Shown here piece after piece: positions 19,490 to 28,658 of a DNA stretch of 64,000 bases. The notes beneath the pieces are model-generated. The model was not told the origin of the DNA. It was given only the letters and a program-made list of their open reading frames with translations, and made no database searches. Numbering within the stretch: the first letter of the stretch is position 1; each line of letters starts with the position of its first letter. A program made the translations under genes and the position numbers. Source of the DNA: a phage. Where the stretch lies: sequence record MZ956761.1; one strand, written 5' to 3'.

Positions 19490-19510
19490 AAGGGGCTTCG
19501 GCCCCTTATT
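19490..19510 (+). terminator. intrinsic terminator-like hairpin
   Basis: AAGGGGC-TTCG-GCCCCTT-ATTT. Confidence 0.6.
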
Positions 19511-19527
19511 TGGAGTATAATATATCA

Positions 19528-19568
19528 AGAGCCTAATAACTCGGGCTATAAACTAAGGAATATCTATG
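19528..19568 (+). promoter_or_regulatory. gene 43 translational operator (autoregulatory hairpin plus RBS)
   Basis: AGCC-UAAUAACUC-GGGCU hairpin then AAGGAA RBS and ATG; resembles recalled T4 operator. Confidence 0.5.
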
Positions 19569-22262
19569 AAAGAATTTTATATCTCTATCGAAACAGTCGG
19601 AAATAACATTGTTGAGCGTTATATTGATGAAAATGGAAAGGAACGTACTCGTGAAGTAGAATATCTTCCGACTATGTTTAGGCATTGTAAGGAAGAGTCA
19701 AAATACAAAGACATTTATGGTAAAAACTGTGCTCCTCAAAAATTTCCATCAATGAAAGATGCACGAGACTGGATGAAGCGAATGGAAGACATCGGTCTCG
19801 AAGCTCTCGGTATGAACGATTTTAAACTCGCTTATATCAGTGATACATATGGTTCAGAAATTGTTTATGACCGAAAATTTGTTCGTGTAGCTAACTGTGA
19901 CATTGAGGTTACTGGTGATAAATTTCCTGACCCAATGAAAGCAGAATATGAAATTGATGCTATCACTCATTATGATTCAATTGACGACCGTTTTTACGTC
20001 TTTGATTTGTTGAATTCAATGTACGGTTCAGTATCAAAATGGGACGCAAAGTTAGCTGCTAAGCTTGACTGTGAAGGTGGTGATGAAGTTCCTCAAGAAA
20101 TTCTTGACCGAGTAATTTATATGCCATTTGATAATGAGCGTGATATGCTCATGGAATATATTAATCTCTGGGAACAGAAACGACCTGCTATTTTTACTGG
20201 TTGGAATATTGAGGGATTTGACGTTCCGTATATCATGAATCGCGTTAAAATGGTTCTCGGCGAACGTAGTATGAAACGCTTCTCTCCAATCGGTCGAGTA
20301 AAATCTAAACTAATTCAAAATATGTACGGTAGCAAAGAAATTTATTCTATTGATGGCGTATCTATTCTTGATTATTTAGATTTATACAAGAAGTTTGCAT
20401 TTACTAATTTGCCATCGTTCTCTTTGGAATCAGTTGCTCAACATGAAACCAAAAAAGGTAAATTGCCGTACGATGGTCCTATTAATAAACTTCGTGAGAC
20501 TAATCATCAACGATACATTAGTTATAACATCATTGACGTAGAATCAGTTCAAGCAATTGATAAAATTCGTGGGTTTATCGATCTAGTTTTAAGTATGTCT
20601 TATTACGCTAAAATGCCTTTTTCTGGTGTAATGAGTCCTATTAAAACTTGGGATGCTATTATTTTTAACTCACTGAAAGGTGAACATAAGGTTATTCCTC
20701 AACAAGGTTCGCACGTTAAACAGAGTTTTCCAGGTGCATTTGTGTTTGAACCTAAACCGATTGCTCGTCGATACATTATGAGTTTTGACTTGACGTCTCT
20801 GTATCCTAGCATTATTCGTCAGGTTAACATTAGTCCTGAGACTATTCGCGGGCAGTTTAAAGTTCATCCAATTCATGAATATATCGCAGGAACAGCTCCT
20901 AAGCCAAGTGATGAATATTCTTGCTCTCCGAATGGATGGATGTATGATAAGCACCAAGAAGGTATCATTCCAAAGGAAATCGCTAAAGTATTTTTCCAGC
21001 GTAAAGATTGGAAAAAGAAAATGTTCGCGGAAGAAATGAATGCCGAAGCTATTAAAAAGATTATTATGAAAGGTGCAGGGTCTTGCTCAACTAAACCAGA
21101 AGTTGAACGATATGTTAAGTTCAGTGATGATTTCTTAAACGAATTATCGAATTACACCGAATCTGTTCTTAACAGTCTGATTGAAGAATGTGAAAAAGCG
21201 GCTACACTTGCTAACACAAATCAGCTGAACCGTAAAATTCTTATTAACAGTCTTTATGGTGCTCTTGGTAATATTCATTTCCGCTACTATGATTTGCGAA
21301 ATGCTACTGCTATCACAATTTTCGGTCAAGTTGGTATTCAGTGGATTGCTCGTAAAATTAATGAATATCTGAATAAAGTATGTGGAACTAATGGTGAAGA
21401 TTTCATCGCAGCAGGTGATACTGATTCGGTATATGTTTGTGTAGATAAAGTAATTGAAAAAGTAGGTCTTGACCGCTTTAAAGAACAAAATGATTTAGTT
21501 GAATTCATGAATCAGTTTGGTAAGAAAAAGATGGAACCTATGATTGATGTTGCATATCGTGAGTTATGTGATTATATGAATAACCGCGAGCATCTGATGC
21601 ATATGGACCGTGAAGCTATTTCTTGCCCTCCGCTTGGTTCAAAGGGTGTTGGTGGATTTTGGAAAGCGAAAAAACGTTATGCTCTGAACGTTTATGATAT
21701 GGAAGATAAGCGATTTGCTGAACCGCATCTAAAAATCATGGGTATGGAAACTCAGCAGAGTTCAACACCAAAAGCAGTACAAGAAGCTCTCGAAGAAAGT
21801 ATTCGTCGTATTCTTCAGGAAGGTGAAGAGTCTGTCCAAGAATACTACAAGAACTTTGAGAAAGAATATCGTCAACTTGATTATAAAGTTATTGCTGAAG
21901 TAAAAACTGCGAACGATATAGCGAAATATGATGATAAAGGTTGGCCAGGATTTAAATGTCCGTTCCATATTCGTGGGGTGCTAACTTATCGTCGAGCTGT
22001 TAGTGGTTTAGGTGTAGCTCCAATTTTGGATGGAAATAAAGTAATGGTTCTTCCATTACGTGAAGGAAATCCATTTGGTGACAAGTGCATTGCTTGGCCG
22101 TCGGGCACAGAACTTCCAAAAGAAATTCGTTCTGACGTACTGTCTTGGATTGACTACTCAACTTTGTTCCAAAAATCGTTTGTTAAACCGCTTGCGGGCA
22201 TGTGTGAATCGGCTGGTATGGACTATGAAGAAAAAGCTTCGTTAGACTTCCTGTTTGGCTGA
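19566..22262 (+). CDS. 43: DNA polymerase gp43 (family B)
   Basis: 898 aa; exonuclease and polymerase motifs (KILINSLYGALGN, DTDS). Confidence 0.95.
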   Translation: MKEFYISIETVGNNIVERYIDENGKERTREVEYLPTMFRHCKEESKYKDIYGKNCAPQKFPSMKDARDWMKRMEDIGLEALGMNDFKLAYISDTYGSEIVYDRKFVRVANCDIEVTGDKFPDPMKAEYEIDAITHYDSIDDRFYVFDLLNSMYGSVSKWDAKLAAKLDCEGGDEVPQEILDRVIYMPFDNERDMLMEYINLWEQKRPAIFTGWNIEGFDVPYIMNRVKMVLGERSMKRFSPIGRVKSKLIQNMYGSKEIYSIDGVSILDYLDLYKKFAFTNLPSFSLESVAQHETKKGKLPYDGPINKLRETNHQRYISYNIIDVESVQAIDKIRGFIDLVLSMSYYAKMPFSGVMSPIKTWDAIIFNSLKGEHKVIPQQGSHVKQSFPGAFVFEPKPIARRYIMSFDLTSLYPSIIRQVNISPETIRGQFKVHPIHEYIAGTAPKPSDEYSCSPNGWMYDKHQEGIIPKEIAKVFFQRKDWKKKMFAEEMNAEAIKKIIMKGAGSCSTKPEVERYVKFSDDFLNELSNYTESVLNSLIEECEKAATLANTNQLNRKILINSLYGALGNIHFRYYDLRNATAITIFGQVGIQWIARKINEYLNKVCGTNGEDFIAAGDTDSVYVCVDKVIEKVGLDRFKEQNDLVEFMNQFGKKKMEPMIDVAYRELCDYMNNREHLMHMDREAISCPPLGSKGVGGFWKAKKRYALNVYDMEDKRFAEPHLKIMGMETQQSSTPKAVQEALEESIRRILQEGEESVQEYYKNFEKEYRQLDYKVIAEVKTANDIAKYDDKGWPGFKCPFHIRGVLTYRRAVSGLGVAPILDGNKVMVLPLREGNPFGDKCIAWPSGTELPKEIRSDVLSWIDYSTLFQKSFVKPLAGMCESAGMDYEEKASLDFLFG

Positions 22263-22275
22263 TAGAATAAATCTA

Positions 22276-22297
22276 GGGACCTCCGGGTCCCTTTTTC
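22276..22297 (+). terminator. intrinsic terminator after gene 43
   Basis: AGGGACC-TCCG-GGTCCCT-TTTT. Confidence 0.65.
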
Positions 22298-22378
22298 ATA
22301 CAAGTAATATAAATCTATACTTATGAAAAACAGATGATTCTGGACCTTTAGAATTCCCCAAAAAATTTTCACAAAACT

Positions 22379-22408
22379 GTTTACAAGACTGTTCTTCCAT
22401 GGTACTAT
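22379..22408 (+). promoter_or_regulatory. T4-type early promoter with conserved leader
   Basis: GTTTAC 22379-22384, TACTAT 22403-22408; leader to ATG identical to 49600-49644. Confidence 0.6.
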
Positions 22409-22442
22409 ACAACTATCAACTAATACGGATTTGGAGAATAAA

Positions 22443-22679
22443 ATGAAAATTGTTATGGGATGCTTAGCAGTTTGTTTAGTTGCATTAGCAGCTGTTCCAT
22501 TTATTGATATTGAAAATGATACTCAGAATGTGATTGAATCTAATACTGTTATTCACATGAATGGTAAAGTATCAACAAAAATTGATGATAATCTTCATAT
22601 GAATACTAATGGAACGCTGGGTGTTCAATTAGGTAATACCTGTGTAAGCACTACTGGAGTAATTACTACTTGTATTTGA
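22443..22679 (+). CDS. hypothetical secreted protein (78 aa)
   Basis: ATG 22443 with GGAG RBS; N-terminal signal-like hydrophobic segment. Confidence 0.5.
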   Translation: MKIVMGCLAVCLVALAAVPFIDIENDTQNVIESNTVIHMNGKVSTKIDDNLHMNTNGTLGVQLGNTCVSTTGVITTCI

Positions 22680-22689
22680 GGAAATTATT

Positions 22690-23070
22690 ATGAAAATCGC
22701 TATTTTGGTTATTGCATTAGGTCTTACTGGTTGTGTAGCTCAAGGACCGGTAGTAAATCAGTCTGATGTAGGAAAAATTGTAAACTGTTCAAGCAAATTT
22801 TATAATCCTAATGTCAAGTGTTATAAAGAAGCTCCAAAACAGACAGTAGAACAAATGCAGGCGAATTTTGACGAAGCTATTCGTCCAGATGAATCTGCTC
22901 AAGCATATCGTAATTCGGATGTAATTACACGCGAAGAAAAAATTGAAAACTACTGCGCTGAACTTTGGGCTAATTGGGCTAATAATTACCAATGGCGTAC
23001 TGGTAAAAATGCTCCGATGGAGTATGTAGTGAATTCTTATAATTCATGTGTAAAAAATTTGACTAAGTGA
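22690..23070 (+). CDS. putative lipoprotein (126 aa)
   Basis: Signal peptide with lipobox LTGC. Confidence 0.55.
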   Translation: MKIAILVIALGLTGCVAQGPVVNQSDVGKIVNCSSKFYNPNVKCYKEAPKQTVEQMQANFDEAIRPDESAQAYRNSDVITREEKIENYCAELWANWANNYQWRTGKNAPMEYVVNSYNSCVKNLTK

Positions 23071-23077
23071 GGAAAAC

Positions 23078-23329
23078 ATGGAAACTTTAGTAGCAGGTTC
23101 AATTTTTATGGTTTTAGTTTCAGGTGTGTTGGCTATTATTATATACATGCTTCCATGGTTTATCGCCTTGATGCGTGGGTCAAAATCGACAGTAGGAATC
23201 TTTTTCACATCTTTACTGTTTAACTGGTCAATTATTGGTTGGTTTATTACATTTATTTGGTCAATTGCGGGTGAAACTAAAAAGTCTGCACAACCAAATC
23301 AGGTAATTATCATCAGAGAGAAGGAATGA
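23078..23329 (+). CDS. imm: two-TM membrane protein, candidate Imm (superinfection immunity)
   Basis: 83 aa, two hydrophobic helices; position between 43 and 42 and size match T4 imm; sequence not verified. Confidence 0.5.
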   Translation: METLVAGSIFMVLVSGVLAIIIYMLPWFIALMRGSKSTVGIFFTSLLFNWSIIGWFITFIWSIAGETKKSAQPNQVIIIREKE

Positions 23330-23475
23330 AAAGCAAAATTATAGCAGTGTTGCTTTTAATCTTGATGATTATAATAAGTATATACTATAGTGTAACGGTT
23401 CCTCTTATGATTCCAACTATTATTTTAGGTTGGGGTTTATTACTGTTACAAGTTAAATATGAATGTATCAATTGA
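23326..23475 (+). CDS. hypothetical small membrane protein (49 aa)
   Basis: ATGA-coupled; strongly hydrophobic; below ORF-track cutoff. Confidence 0.35.
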   Translation: MKSKIIAVLLLILMIIISIYYSVTVPLMIPTIILGWGLLLLQVKYECIN

Positions 23476-23482
23476 GGTTTAA

Positions 23483-24223
23483 ATGATTAGTGACTCTATG
23501 ACAGTTGAAGAAATCCGTCTTCATTTGGGGCTTGCATTAAAAGAAAAAGATTTCGTAGTTGATAAAACCGGTGTTAAAACTATTGAAATTATTGGTGCAT
23601 CATTTGTAGCAGATGAACCGTTTATTTTTGGCGCTCTTAATGATGAATACATTCAACGTGAACTTGAATGGTATAAATCTAAAAGTTTGTTTGTTAAAGA
23701 TATTCCGGGTGAAACACCGAAGATTTGGCAGCAGGTAGCATCTTCTAAAGGCGAAATTAACTCGAATTATGGTTGGGCCATCTGGTCAGAAGATAACTAT
23801 GCCCAGTATGATATGTGTTTAGCTGAACTTGGTCAAAATCCTGATTCTCGGCGTGGTATCATGATTTATACTCGTCCATCCATGCAATTTGACTATAATA
23901 AAGATGGTATGTCAGATTTCATGTGCACGAATACAGTACAGTACCTGATTCGTGATAAGAAAGTTAATGCAGTAGTAAGCATGCGTTCAAATGACGTGGT
24001 CTTCGGATTCCGTAATGATTATGCATGGCAAAAATACGTACTAGATAAATTAGTATCTGATTTGAATGCAGGTGATTCAACTCGTCAGTATAAAGCAGGT
24101 TCTATTATATGGAATGTTGGAAGTCTTCATGTATATTCTCGTCATTTTTACTTGGTTGATCATTGGTGGAATACTGGCGAAACTCATATTGTGAAAAAAG
24201 ATTATAAAGGTGAGTGGAAATGA
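23483..24223 (+). CDS. 42: dCMP hydroxymethylase gp42
   Basis: 246 aa, thymidylate-synthase-like fold; synteny. Confidence 0.85.
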   Translation: MISDSMTVEEIRLHLGLALKEKDFVVDKTGVKTIEIIGASFVADEPFIFGALNDEYIQRELEWYKSKSLFVKDIPGETPKIWQQVASSKGEINSNYGWAIWSEDNYAQYDMCLAELGQNPDSRRGIMIYTRPSMQFDYNKDGMSDFMCTNTVQYLIRDKKVNAVVSMRSNDVVFGFRNDYAWQKYVLDKLVSDLNAGDSTRQYKAGSIIWNVGSLHVYSRHFYLVDHWWNTGETHIVKKDYKGEWK

Positions 24224-25062
24224 TTCAATTCGTAATTCCAAGCTATCAACGCGTAGGGGCAGTTTCTGCCCTTGATATGTTTCCGACTGATTATGAACCT
24301 CATATTGTAGTACGTGAACACGAAGAAAAAGCTTATTATGACGCTTACGGGTCTAGAGCTAAAATTATAACTATTCCTGATGATGTTAACGGAATTGCTG
24401 GTACTCGTAAAGCAATTACTGATATGTATGCAGGTCAACGAATTTGGATGATTGATGATGATACTACTATTCGTATGAGTTCAATGCGAAAGAAAGATGA
24501 TCGTCGCTGCGTAGATAAAATTAATCAATTAACTCGTGAACAGTTCTATGAATTGATTCAATACGTTGAAGATGCCATGGATTGCGGGTATTATCATGGT
24601 CATGCTCGTTTACCAATTTTTAAAATTACTTCATCTTGGGGTAATTATCGTGAAAATTCATATGGATTCACGAATACTTGGTATGACCTCGGGAAACTTA
24701 CAACAGAACAAATTGGGTATGGAAAAATTGATTTATGCGAAGATATGTATGCATTTCTCAATTTAATTAATCAAGGTTATCCGCATTTGGCCTTGTTCAA
24801 ATATCTGGTTGTATCTGGAAAAGCACAGGCTCCAGGCGGATGTAGTTCAATTCGTAGTAATTCAAAACATAATAGAGCTCTTGAGCAAATCAATAGAGAG
24901 TTTCCAGAGCAAGCTCGTTGGAAAACATCGAATATCGAAAAGAGAAAATCGTTGGGTGAAGAAGACGAGCCATTAAAAGTTCTTCGCATGTGTGTTTCGC
25001 GCAAAGAAAAATCAGAAGCATTTCATAAGTTTAATGCTATTCATCCAATAGCAGTTGATTAA
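24220..25062 (+). CDS. DNA glucosyltransferase, not T4 beta-gt-like (possibly beta-alpha-gt type)
   Basis: 280 aa from ATG 24220; IWMIDDD motif; occupies the beta-gt slot between 42 and uvsX but is shorter and unlike recalled T4 beta-gt. Confidence 0.55.
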   Translation: MIQFVIPSYQRVGAVSALDMFPTDYEPHIVVREHEEKAYYDAYGSRAKIITIPDDVNGIAGTRKAITDMYAGQRIWMIDDDTTIRMSSMRKKDDRRCVDKINQLTREQFYELIQYVEDAMDCGYYHGHARLPIFKITSSWGNYRENSYGFTNTWYDLGKLTTEQIGYGKIDLCEDMYAFLNLINQGYPHLALFKYLVVSGKAQAPGGCSSIRSNSKHNRALEQINREFPEQARWKTSNIEKRKSLGEEDEPLKVLRMCVSRKEKSEAFHKFNAIHPIAVD

Positions 25063-25139
25063 TGCCTAAATTTATTGTGTTATAATTACTCTATCTTTAA
25101 CCAGTGAGGAAAATATAATGTTGCCTATGGAAAAAATGA

Positions 25140-26321
25140 ATGTCTATTGCAGATTTAAAATCCCGTTTGATTAAAGCTTCCACTTCTAAAATGACTGCTG
25201 AACTGACTACATCTAAATTCTTTAATGAAAAGGATGTAATCCGTACAAAAATCCCAATGCTTAATATCGCTATTTCTGGTGCGATTGATGGTGGTATGCA
25301 GTCTGGTTTAACCATTTTTGCAGGTCCTTCTAAACACTTTAAATCAAATATGTCTTTGACTATGGTTGCAGCGTATTTGAACAAATATCCTGACGCGGTA
25401 TGTCTATTCTATGATAGCGAATTTGGTATTACTCCTGCTTATTTGCGATCCATGGGAGTTGACCCGGAACGAGTAATTCATACGCCAATTCAGTCAGTTG
25501 AACAGCTGAAAATTGATATGGTGAATCAGCTTGAAGCTATTGAGCGTGGTGAAAAAGTTATTGTATTCATCGACTCAATTGGTAATATGGCTTCTAAGAA
25601 AGAAACGGAAGATGCCTTGAATGAAAAATCTGTGGCAGATATGACTCGTGCTAAATCACTGAAGTCATTATTCCGTATTGTTACTCCTTATTTTAGTATT
25701 AAAAACATTCCGTGCGTTGCGGTTAACCATACAATTGAAACAATTGAAATGTTTAGTAAAACCGTGATGACAGGTGGTACAGGCGTAATGTATTCGGCTG
25801 ATACTGTATTCATTATCGGTAAGCGCCAGATTAAAGATGGTTCTGATCTTCAGGGGTATCAATTTGTTCTAAATGTAGAAAAATCTCGTACCGTTAAAGA
25901 AAAAAGTAAATTCTTTATTGATGTTAAATTTGACGGTGGCATCGATCCTTATTCTGGATTGTTAGATATGGCTCTAGAATTAGGATTTGTGGTAAAACCT
26001 AAAAATGGCTGGTATGCTCGTGAATTTCTTGATGAAGAAACCGGCGAGATGATTCGCGAAGAAAAATCTTGGCGTGCAAAAGATACCAACTGTACTACAT
26101 TCTGGGGTCCTTTATTTAAGCATCAACCATTCCGAGATGCTATTAAACGTGCTTATCAGTTAGGTGCTATTGATAGTAATGAAATTGTTGAAGCTGAGGT
26201 TGATGAATTGATTAACTCAAAGGTTGAAAAATTTAAATCTCCAGAAAGTAAAAGTAAATCAGCAGCTGATTTAGAAACTGACCTAGATCAGTTAAGTGAT
26301 ATGGAAGAATTTAATGAATAA
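25140..26321 (+). CDS. uvsX: RecA-like recombinase UvsX
   Basis: 393 aa; Walker A GPSKHFKS; N-terminus DLKSRLIKASTSK as recalled for T4 UvsX. Confidence 0.9.
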   Translation: MSIADLKSRLIKASTSKMTAELTTSKFFNEKDVIRTKIPMLNIAISGAIDGGMQSGLTIFAGPSKHFKSNMSLTMVAAYLNKYPDAVCLFYDSEFGITPAYLRSMGVDPERVIHTPIQSVEQLKIDMVNQLEAIERGEKVIVFIDSIGNMASKKETEDALNEKSVADMTRAKSLKSLFRIVTPYFSIKNIPCVAVNHTIETIEMFSKTVMTGGTGVMYSADTVFIIGKRQIKDGSDLQGYQFVLNVEKSRTVKEKSKFFIDVKFDGGIDPYSGLLDMALELGFVVKPKNGWYAREFLDEETGEMIREEKSWRAKDTNCTTFWGPLFKHQPFRDAIKRAYQLGAIDSNEIVEAEVDELINSKVEKFKSPESKSKSAADLETDLDQLSDMEEFNE

Positions 26322-26658
26322 AGATGATTTAGATTTAGATCTAGAAATTATCGATGAATCCCCCTCTTCGGAGGGGGAAGAAGAAAGAAAAGAACGTCTT
26401 TTTAATGAATCTCTTAAGATAATTAAATCTGCTATGGAAAATGTTATCCAGGAGATTGTCATTAAACTAGAAGACGGTTCTACACACATTGTGTATGTGA
26501 CAAAATTAGATTGGGTTGATGGAAAAGTCGTAATGGACTTTGCTGTTCTTGACCAAGAAAGAAAAGCTGAGTTAGCTCCTCATGTAGAAAAATGTATTAC
26601 AATGCAACTGCAAGATGCATTTAATAAAAGGTCAAAGAAAAAATTTAAATTCTTTTAA
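26314..26658 (+). CDS. 40: head-vertex assembly chaperone gp40 (by position)
   Basis: 114 aa from ATG 26314; lies between uvsX and 41. Confidence 0.5.
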   Translation: MNKDDLDLDLEIIDESPSSEGEEERKERLFNESLKIIKSAMENVIQEIVIKLEDGSTHIVYVTKLDWVDGKVVMDFAVLDQERKAELAPHVEKCITMQLQDAFNKRSKKKFKFF

Positions 26659-26667
26659 GGAGTAAGT

Positions 26668-28095
26668 GTGGTAGAAATTATTCTTTCTCATCTCATATTT
26701 GATCAAGCTTATTTTTCAAAAGTTTGGCCATATATGGATTCAGAATATTTTGAAAGTGGTCCAGCTAAAAATACATTCAAATTAATTAAATCTCATGTTA
26801 ATGAGTACCATAGCGTTCCATCTATTAATGCGTTAAATGTTGCATTAGAAAATAGTTCATTTACTGAAACAGAATATTCTGGTGTAAAAACACTTATTTC
26901 AAAACTAGCTGATTCTCCGGAAGACCACAGTTGGTTAATAAAAGAAACAGAAAAATATGTTCAGCAAAGGGCGATGTTTAATGCTACGTCTAAAATAATC
27001 GAAATTCAAACTAATGCTGAGCTTCCTCCGGAAAAACGAAATAAGAAAATGCCGGACGTTGGTGCTATTCCTGACATCATGCGTCAAGCATTATCTATTT
27101 CATTTGATAGCTACGTTGGTCATGATTGGATGGATGACTACGAAGCACGCTGGCTATCTTATATGAATAAAGCTCGTAAAGTTCCATTTAAACTTCGTAT
27201 TTTGAATAAAATTACAAAAGGCGGAGCTGAAACAGGAACACTGAACGTTTTAATGGCTGGTGTTAACGTTGGTAAGTCATTAGGATTGTGTTCATTAGCA
27301 GCAGATTATTTGCAGCTCGGACATAATGTTCTTTACATTTCCATGGAAATGGCAGAAGAAGTTTGTGCTAAGCGTATTGACGCTAATATGCTTGATGTTT
27401 CTCTTGATGACATTGATGATGGGCATATTTCTTACGCTGAGTATAAAGGAAAAATGGAAAAATGGCGTGAGAAATCTACTCTCGGTCGTTTAATCGTTAA
27501 GCAATATCCCACTGGTGGAGCAGACGCTAATACATTTCGATCGCTTTTAAACGAATTGAAGCTCAAGAAGAATTTTGTTCCAACAATCATTATTGTTGAC
27601 TATCTAGGTATTTGTAAATCTTGCCGCATCAGAGTTTATTCAGAAAATAGTTACACAACTGTTAAAGCTATCGCAGAGGAATTGCGTGCTCTGGCTGTTG
27701 AAACCGAAACTGTTCTTTGGACTGCAGCGCAGGTTGGTAAGCAAGCTTGGGATTCTTCTGATGTTAACATGAGCGATATTGCAGAATCTGCCGGTCTTCC
27801 AGCAACAGCCGATTTTATGCTTGCGGTCATTGAAACCGAGGAGCTAGCAGCTGCTGAACAACAACTCATTAAGCAAATCAAATCACGATATGGTGATAAG
27901 AATAAATGGAATAAGTTTTTGATGGGTGTTCAAAAAGGAAATCAGAAATGGGTAGAAATTGAACAAGATTCTACTCCAACTGAAGTAAGTGAAGTAGCAG
28001 GTTCACAGCAGATTCAGGCTGAACAGAATCGCTATCAAAGAAACGAATCTGCTCGAGCCCAGTTAGATGCTTTAGCGAATGAATTAAAATTTTAG
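26668..28095 (+). CDS. 41: replicative DNA helicase gp41
   Basis: 475 aa; GTG start; Walker A GVNVGKS; N-terminus MVEIILSHLIFDQAYF as recalled for T4. Confidence 0.9.
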   Translation: MVEIILSHLIFDQAYFSKVWPYMDSEYFESGPAKNTFKLIKSHVNEYHSVPSINALNVALENSSFTETEYSGVKTLISKLADSPEDHSWLIKETEKYVQQRAMFNATSKIIEIQTNAELPPEKRNKKMPDVGAIPDIMRQALSISFDSYVGHDWMDDYEARWLSYMNKARKVPFKLRILNKITKGGAETGTLNVLMAGVNVGKSLGLCSLAADYLQLGHNVLYISMEMAEEVCAKRIDANMLDVSLDDIDDGHISYAEYKGKMEKWREKSTLGRLIVKQYPTGGADANTFRSLLNELKLKKNFVPTIIIVDYLGICKSCRIRVYSENSYTTVKAIAEELRALAVETETVLWTAAQVGKQAWDSSDVNMSDIAESAGLPATADFMLAVIETEELAAAEQQLIKQIKSRYGDKNKWNKFLMGVQKGNQKWVEIEQDSTPTEVSEVAGSQQIQAEQNRYQRNESARAQLDALANELKF

Positions 28096-28132
28096 TTTAC
28101 AAGCCGACAAGACTATGGTATAGTAGTCTTGT
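28095..28132 (+). promoter_or_regulatory. early promoter embedded in inverted repeat
   Basis: GTTTAC 28095-28100, TATAGT 28119-28124, arms ACAAGACTA 28107-28115 / TAGTCTTGT 28124-28132. Confidence 0.55.
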
Positions 28133-28153
28133 TGGTTAAATGAGGAGATTGTT

Positions 28154-28336
28154 ATGGAATTGGTAAAGGTAGTTTTTATGGGGTGGTTTAAGAACGAAAG
28201 CATGTTTACTAAAGAAATCACAATGATGAAAGATGACGTTCAATGGGCTACTAATCAATATGCTGAAGTTAATAAAGCACTAGTTAAAGCTTTCATTGAT
28301 GACAAGAAAGTATGCGAAGTGGATTGCCGAGGATAA
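28154..28336 (+). CDS. dmd: Dmd antitoxin (inhibitor of RnlA/LsoA)
   Basis: 60 aa; sequence agrees with my recollection of T4 Dmd; adjacent to gene 41. Confidence 0.8.
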   Translation: MELVKVVFMGWFKNESMFTKEITMMKDDVQWATNQYAEVNKALVKAFIDDKKVCEVDCRG

Positions 28337-28337
28337 T

Positions 28338-28595
28338 ATGCATATCGTTTTATTTAAACCTACTCCGTATAACGTCAGGAAAAATACTCAATTCAAAGCA
28401 CTTATCGCAGATACGTGGGAATTGGTATTAGATATTCCAGCAGAAGAAAGCCCTCCATTTGGTCGAGTGGAATTTATTAAGTTTGCTGTGCGCCCTACAA
28501 AGCGGCAGATTCGCCAATGCAAAAGATACTTTCGTAAAATCGTCAAGTTAGAGAAACAGTTTGTAACATGTGATTATACAGAAGTTTTAAAATAG
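28338..28595 (+). CDS. 61.4-position protein, possibly TifA-like
   Basis: 85 aa, ATG 28338 coupled to dmd stop; name by position only. Confidence 0.45.
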   Translation: MHIVLFKPTPYNVRKNTQFKALIADTWELVLDIPAEESPPFGRVEFIKFAVRPTKRQIRQCKRYFRKIVKLEKQFVTCDYTEVLK

Positions 28596-28597
28596 CT

Positions 28598-28640
28598 GTT
28601 TACAAGCTGATAGAGTTGTGTTATAGTAATTCTATCAGCT
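28598..28640 (+). promoter_or_regulatory. early promoter embedded in 10-bp perfect inverted repeat
   Basis: GTTTAC 28598-28603, TATAGT 28622-28627, arms AGCTGATAGA 28605-28614 / TCTATCAGCT 28631-28640. Confidence 0.6.
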
Positions 28641-28658
28641 AATCGCGGAGAAAAGAAA

